32,000 nucleotides of DNA from Alkalilimnicola ehrlichii MLHE-1 (lineage in GTDB: Bacteria > Pseudomonadota > Gammaproteobacteria > Nitrococcales > Halorhodospiraceae). Location of the stretch: NCBI RefSeq assembly GCF_000014785.1, contig NC_008340.1:780001-812000 (forward strand), read 5' to 3'. Below the pieces are notes generated by a model. It searched no databases, was not told the DNA's origin, and saw only the letters and a program-made list of their open reading frames with translations. Shown one piece after another: positions 29,033 through 32,000 of this stretch (position 1 is the stretch's first letter; each line of letters opens with the position of its first letter). Made by a program: the position numbers and the translations under genes.

Positions 29033-30358
29033 ATGGAAGCCTTGGCAGAGAAACACAGCATCTACCTGGAGGACTTCCGCCAGCGGCCCGCCGATCAGCA
29101 GGGTCCGGACTGGCTGGAGGCCCGCCGCCAGGCGGCCATCGAGGCCTTCGAGCGTATGGGGTTCCCCACCCGGCGCTGGGAGGCGTGGCGGAACATCAAG
29201 CTGGACGCGCTGCTGCAGCACCACTACCGTCCGGCCGAGACCCTGGGTGTGGCGCCGCAGGTGTTGCAGGAGGCCATCTCTGTGGCCCCCGATGCGCCGC
29301 GCCTGGTGTTCATCGACGGCGTGTTCAGCCCGCAGCACTCCACCCCGGACGCGCTGCCCGAGGGCCTGACCGTCAAGCCGCTGTCCGAGGCCTTGGACGA
29401 GGCCGATGTACAGCAGCACCTGGCCGCCCACGCGGACTATGAGCAGCATCCGTTCATCGCCCTCAACACCGCCTTCGCCCGGCAGGGGGTCTATGTGCAC
29501 GTCCCGCGGGGCCAGGCGGTGGAGCAGGAGGTGCTGTTCATCTTTGCCTGCTCGGACGCCGGTGCCGATCGGGCCTCCTGGCCACGGGTGTTGGTGCACG
29601 CCGAGGAGAGCGCCGAGTGCCGCCTGATCGAGTGGCACGGTGGTCCGGACGGCAGTGCCTACCTGGCCAGCCCGGTCACCGAGATCATCGCCGAGGCCAA
29701 CGCTAACGTGCGGCTGGACCGGCTGCAGCGGGAGGGCGCCGATGCCTTCCACCTGGGGGCGGTCCATGCCGAGGCGGATCGCGATGCCCGGGTGCATGTG
29801 CAGAACTTCAATTTCGGCGGCCGGATCAGCCGGGTGGACTACTACGGCCTGCTCAAGGGCACCGCCGCCGAGGTGATCATCAACGGTCTCTACCTGGGCG
29901 ACCGCAAGCGCTTCACCGATCAGCACACCTGGATGACCCACGACTGCGAACATGGTCACAGCAGCCAGCTGTTCAAGGGCATCCTCAAGGATAAGGCCGA
30001 GGCGGTGTTCGACGGCCTGCTCAAGGTGGAGGAGGGCGCCCAGAAGACCGACGGCTTCCAGGAGAATCGCAACCTGATCCTGAGCCCGATGGCGCTGGCC
30101 CACTCCAACCCGCGCCTGGAGATCTACGCCGACGACGTCAAGTGCTCCCACGGCTCCACCGTGGGCGAGCTGGACAAGGAGGCGGTCTTCTACCTGCGCA
30201 GCCGCGGCATGGACCAGGACAGCGCTCAGGCCCTGCTCACTTGGGCCTTTGCCAATGAGGTGCTCAGCGAGGTCAGGCTTGATAGCCTGAAGACCTATCA
30301 GCAACGCCTGCTGGGCGGCTTCCTGCCGGGGCAGGCCGACTTCGAGGGGCTTGTATGA
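29033..30358 (+). CDS. sufD: Fe-S cluster assembly protein SufD
   Basis: GFPTRRWEAWRNIKLDALLQHHYR...DCEHGHSSQLFKGILKDKAEAVFDGLLKVEEGAQKTDGFQENRNLILSPMALAHSNPRLEIYADDVKCSHGSTVGELDKEAVFYLRSRGM; start refined to ATG 29033. Confidence 0.95.
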   Translation: MEALAEKHSIYLEDFRQRPADQQGPDWLEARRQAAIEAFERMGFPTRRWEAWRNIKLDALLQHHYRPAETLGVAPQVLQEAISVAPDAPRLVFIDGVFSPQHSTPDALPEGLTVKPLSEALDEADVQQHLAAHADYEQHPFIALNTAFARQGVYVHVPRGQAVEQEVLFIFACSDAGADRASWPRVLVHAEESAECRLIEWHGGPDGSAYLASPVTEIIAEANANVRLDRLQREGADAFHLGAVHAEADRDARVHVQNFNFGGRISRVDYYGLLKGTAAEVIINGLYLGDRKRFTDQHTWMTHDCEHGHSSQLFKGILKDKAEAVFDGLLKVEEGAQKTDGFQENRNLILSPMALAHSNPRLEIYADDVKCSHGSTVGELDKEAVFYLRSRGMDQDSAQALLTWAFANEVLSEVRLDSLKTYQQRLLGGFLPGQADFEGLV

Positions 30359-31620
30359 GCACGGTTGAACCGGTTCGCGACCGGGAACGGGCCGGGCCGC
30401 CGCTGGACGTGGCGGCCCTGCGCGCCCAGTTCCCCGTCCTGCACCAACAGGTGAACGGCTACCCGCTGGTCTACCTGGACAATGCCGCCAGCTGCCAGAA
30501 GCCGGAGGCGGTGATCGAGGCCGAGGCGGCGTGTTATCGCGAGTACTACGCCAACATCCACCGTGGGGTGCACGCCCTCTCCCAGCGCTGCACCACCGCC
30601 TTCGAGGGGGCCCGCGAGAAGGTGCAGCGGTTCCTGAACGCCGAGCGCGACGGGGAGATCGTCTTCCTGCGCGGCACCACCGAGGCCATCAATTTGGTGG
30701 CCCACAGCTACGTGGAGCCCCTGTTGCAGCCAGGCGATGAGATCCTCATCAGCTACCTGGAGCACCACTCCAACATCGTCCCCTGGCAGATGGTCTGCGA
30801 GCGCACCGGGGCGGAGCTGCGGGTCATCCCGGTACAGGATAACGGCGAACTGGACCTGGAGGCCTTCCAGGCCCTGCTCAGTGATCGGACCCGCTTCCTC
30901 TCCGTGGGGCACGTCTCCAATGCCCTGGGCACGGTGAACCCGGTGCGCTGGATGATTGAGCAGGCCCACGCCCGGGACATCCCCGTGCTGCTGGACGGCG
31001 CCCAGGCGGTGCCTCATGGCCCGGTGGATGTGCGCGAGCTGGACTGCGACTTCTACGCCTTCTCCGGGCACAAGCTCTATGGGCCGACCGGGGTGGGGGT
31101 GCTCTACGGGCGCCACGACCTGCTCAAGGGCATGCGGCCCTGGCAGGGCGGTGGCGACATGATCCGCACCGTCAGCTTCGAGAAGACCCTCTACGCCGAA
31201 CCGCCTGCCCGCTTCGAGGCAGGTACGCCCAACATCGCCGGCGCCATCGCCCTGGGCGCGGCGGTGGACTGGGTGCAGGCGGTGGGCCTGGAGGCCATCG
31301 CCGCCCATGAGGCCCGCCTGTTGGATTACGCCACCGAGCGGCTGGGTGCGTTGGAGGGGGTGCGGCTACTGGGCACGGCCCCGGACAAGGCGGCGGTGCT
31401 CTCCTTCGTGATGGACGAGGCCCACCCCCACGATATCGGCACCATCCTCGACCAACAGGGGGTCGCCATCCGCACCGGGCACCACTGTGCCGAGCCGGTG
31501 ATGAAACGCTTCAACGTGCCGGCCACCGCCCGCGCCTCCTTCGCGGCCTACAACACCGAGGCCGAGGTGGATGCGCTGGTGGAGGGCGTTGAGAAGGTGC
31601 GCGAACTGTTCGGCGGCTGA
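30355..31620 (+). CDS. sufS: Cysteine desulfurase SufS
   Basis: FPVLHQQVNGYPLVYLDNAASCQKPEAVIEAEAACYREYYANIHRGVHALSQRCTTAFEGAREKVQRFLNA...SGHKLYGPTGVGVLYGRHDLL...AIRTGHHCAEPVM. Confidence 0.97.
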   Translation: MSTVEPVRDRERAGPPLDVAALRAQFPVLHQQVNGYPLVYLDNAASCQKPEAVIEAEAACYREYYANIHRGVHALSQRCTTAFEGAREKVQRFLNAERDGEIVFLRGTTEAINLVAHSYVEPLLQPGDEILISYLEHHSNIVPWQMVCERTGAELRVIPVQDNGELDLEAFQALLSDRTRFLSVGHVSNALGTVNPVRWMIEQAHARDIPVLLDGAQAVPHGPVDVRELDCDFYAFSGHKLYGPTGVGVLYGRHDLLKGMRPWQGGGDMIRTVSFEKTLYAEPPARFEAGTPNIAGAIALGAAVDWVQAVGLEAIAAHEARLLDYATERLGALEGVRLLGTAPDKAAVLSFVMDEAHPHDIGTILDQQGVAIRTGHHCAEPVMKRFNVPATARASFAAYNTEAEVDALVEGVEKVRELFGG

Positions 31621-31787
31621 GCCGCCGCGCCATTTGCCGGCGGTGTCCGTCGCCGGCGCCCTTCTCAGGCAGCCGGCGGCCATGGACTGTCTTCCCGGGC
31701 CGCTTTCCTGTCCGCGGTGTGCCCCGCCAGGTGGCCGCTGGCCGCCGCCGGCTTGGTATACTCACCGCATTTATCACCGGGGAGACC

Positions 31788-32000
31788 ATGTCCAAGCTCA
31801 GCGACCTCTACCGCAAGATCGTCCTCGCCCACAACCGTCAGCCCCGCAATCATCACCCGCTGGAGCCCTGCAGCCACCATGCGGAGGGGTACAACCCGGT
31901 GTGCGGCGATCATATCCAGGTGTATCTGCGGCTGGACGAGGCCGGACGGGTGGCGGCGGCGAGCTTTACCGGTGAGGCCTGCGCCATCTGCACGGCGTCC
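31788..32000 (+). CDS. sufU: SufU/IscU-like Fe-S scaffold protein (partial; continues past the window end)
   Basis: MSKLSDLYRKIVLAHNRQPRNHHPLEPCSHHAEGYNPVCGDHIQVYLRLDEAGRVAAASFTGEACAICTAS: NPVCGD and GEACAICTAS motifs. Confidence 0.9.
   Translation, partial: MSKLSDLYRKIVLAHNRQPRNHHPLEPCSHHAEGYNPVCGDHIQVYLRLDEAGRVAAASFTGEACAICTAS

Overview
The window is a high-GC, gammaproteobacterial-type chromosomal segment. The first half is a polar flagellar cluster, all on the + strand: fliC, flaG, a second flaG, fliD, fliS, fliT-like, fleQ-like, fleR-like, fliE-F-G-H-I-J, then fliK. Upstream of fliC, on the - strand and running off the window edge, is a TPR/SPINDLY-type (GT41) O-GlcNAc transferase; the ORF track missed it. 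The second half holds htpX, an EamA/DMT transporter, bolA and yciI (- strand), yciO/Sua5-like, trpS, scpA, scpB, a sufR-like Rrf2 regulator, and sufB-C-D-S plus the start of a sufU-like gene. I found no tRNA, rRNA, CRISPR, transposase or defence genes. The most notable non-coding features are five intergenic clusters of a ~74-bp palindromic repeat with interchangeable arm modules, one of them a 5-copy tandem array with an exact 90-bp period. A separate ~204-bp imperfect palindrome lies between yciO and trpS. Other points of interest are two flaG paralogs separated by a sigma28-like promoter plus repeat array, and an orphan FleR-like activator with a degenerate receiver domain and no adjacent FleS kinase. 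Motif-level sigma28, sigma54 and sigma32 promoter candidates precede several genes. I see no strong evidence for an entirely new multi-gene system.
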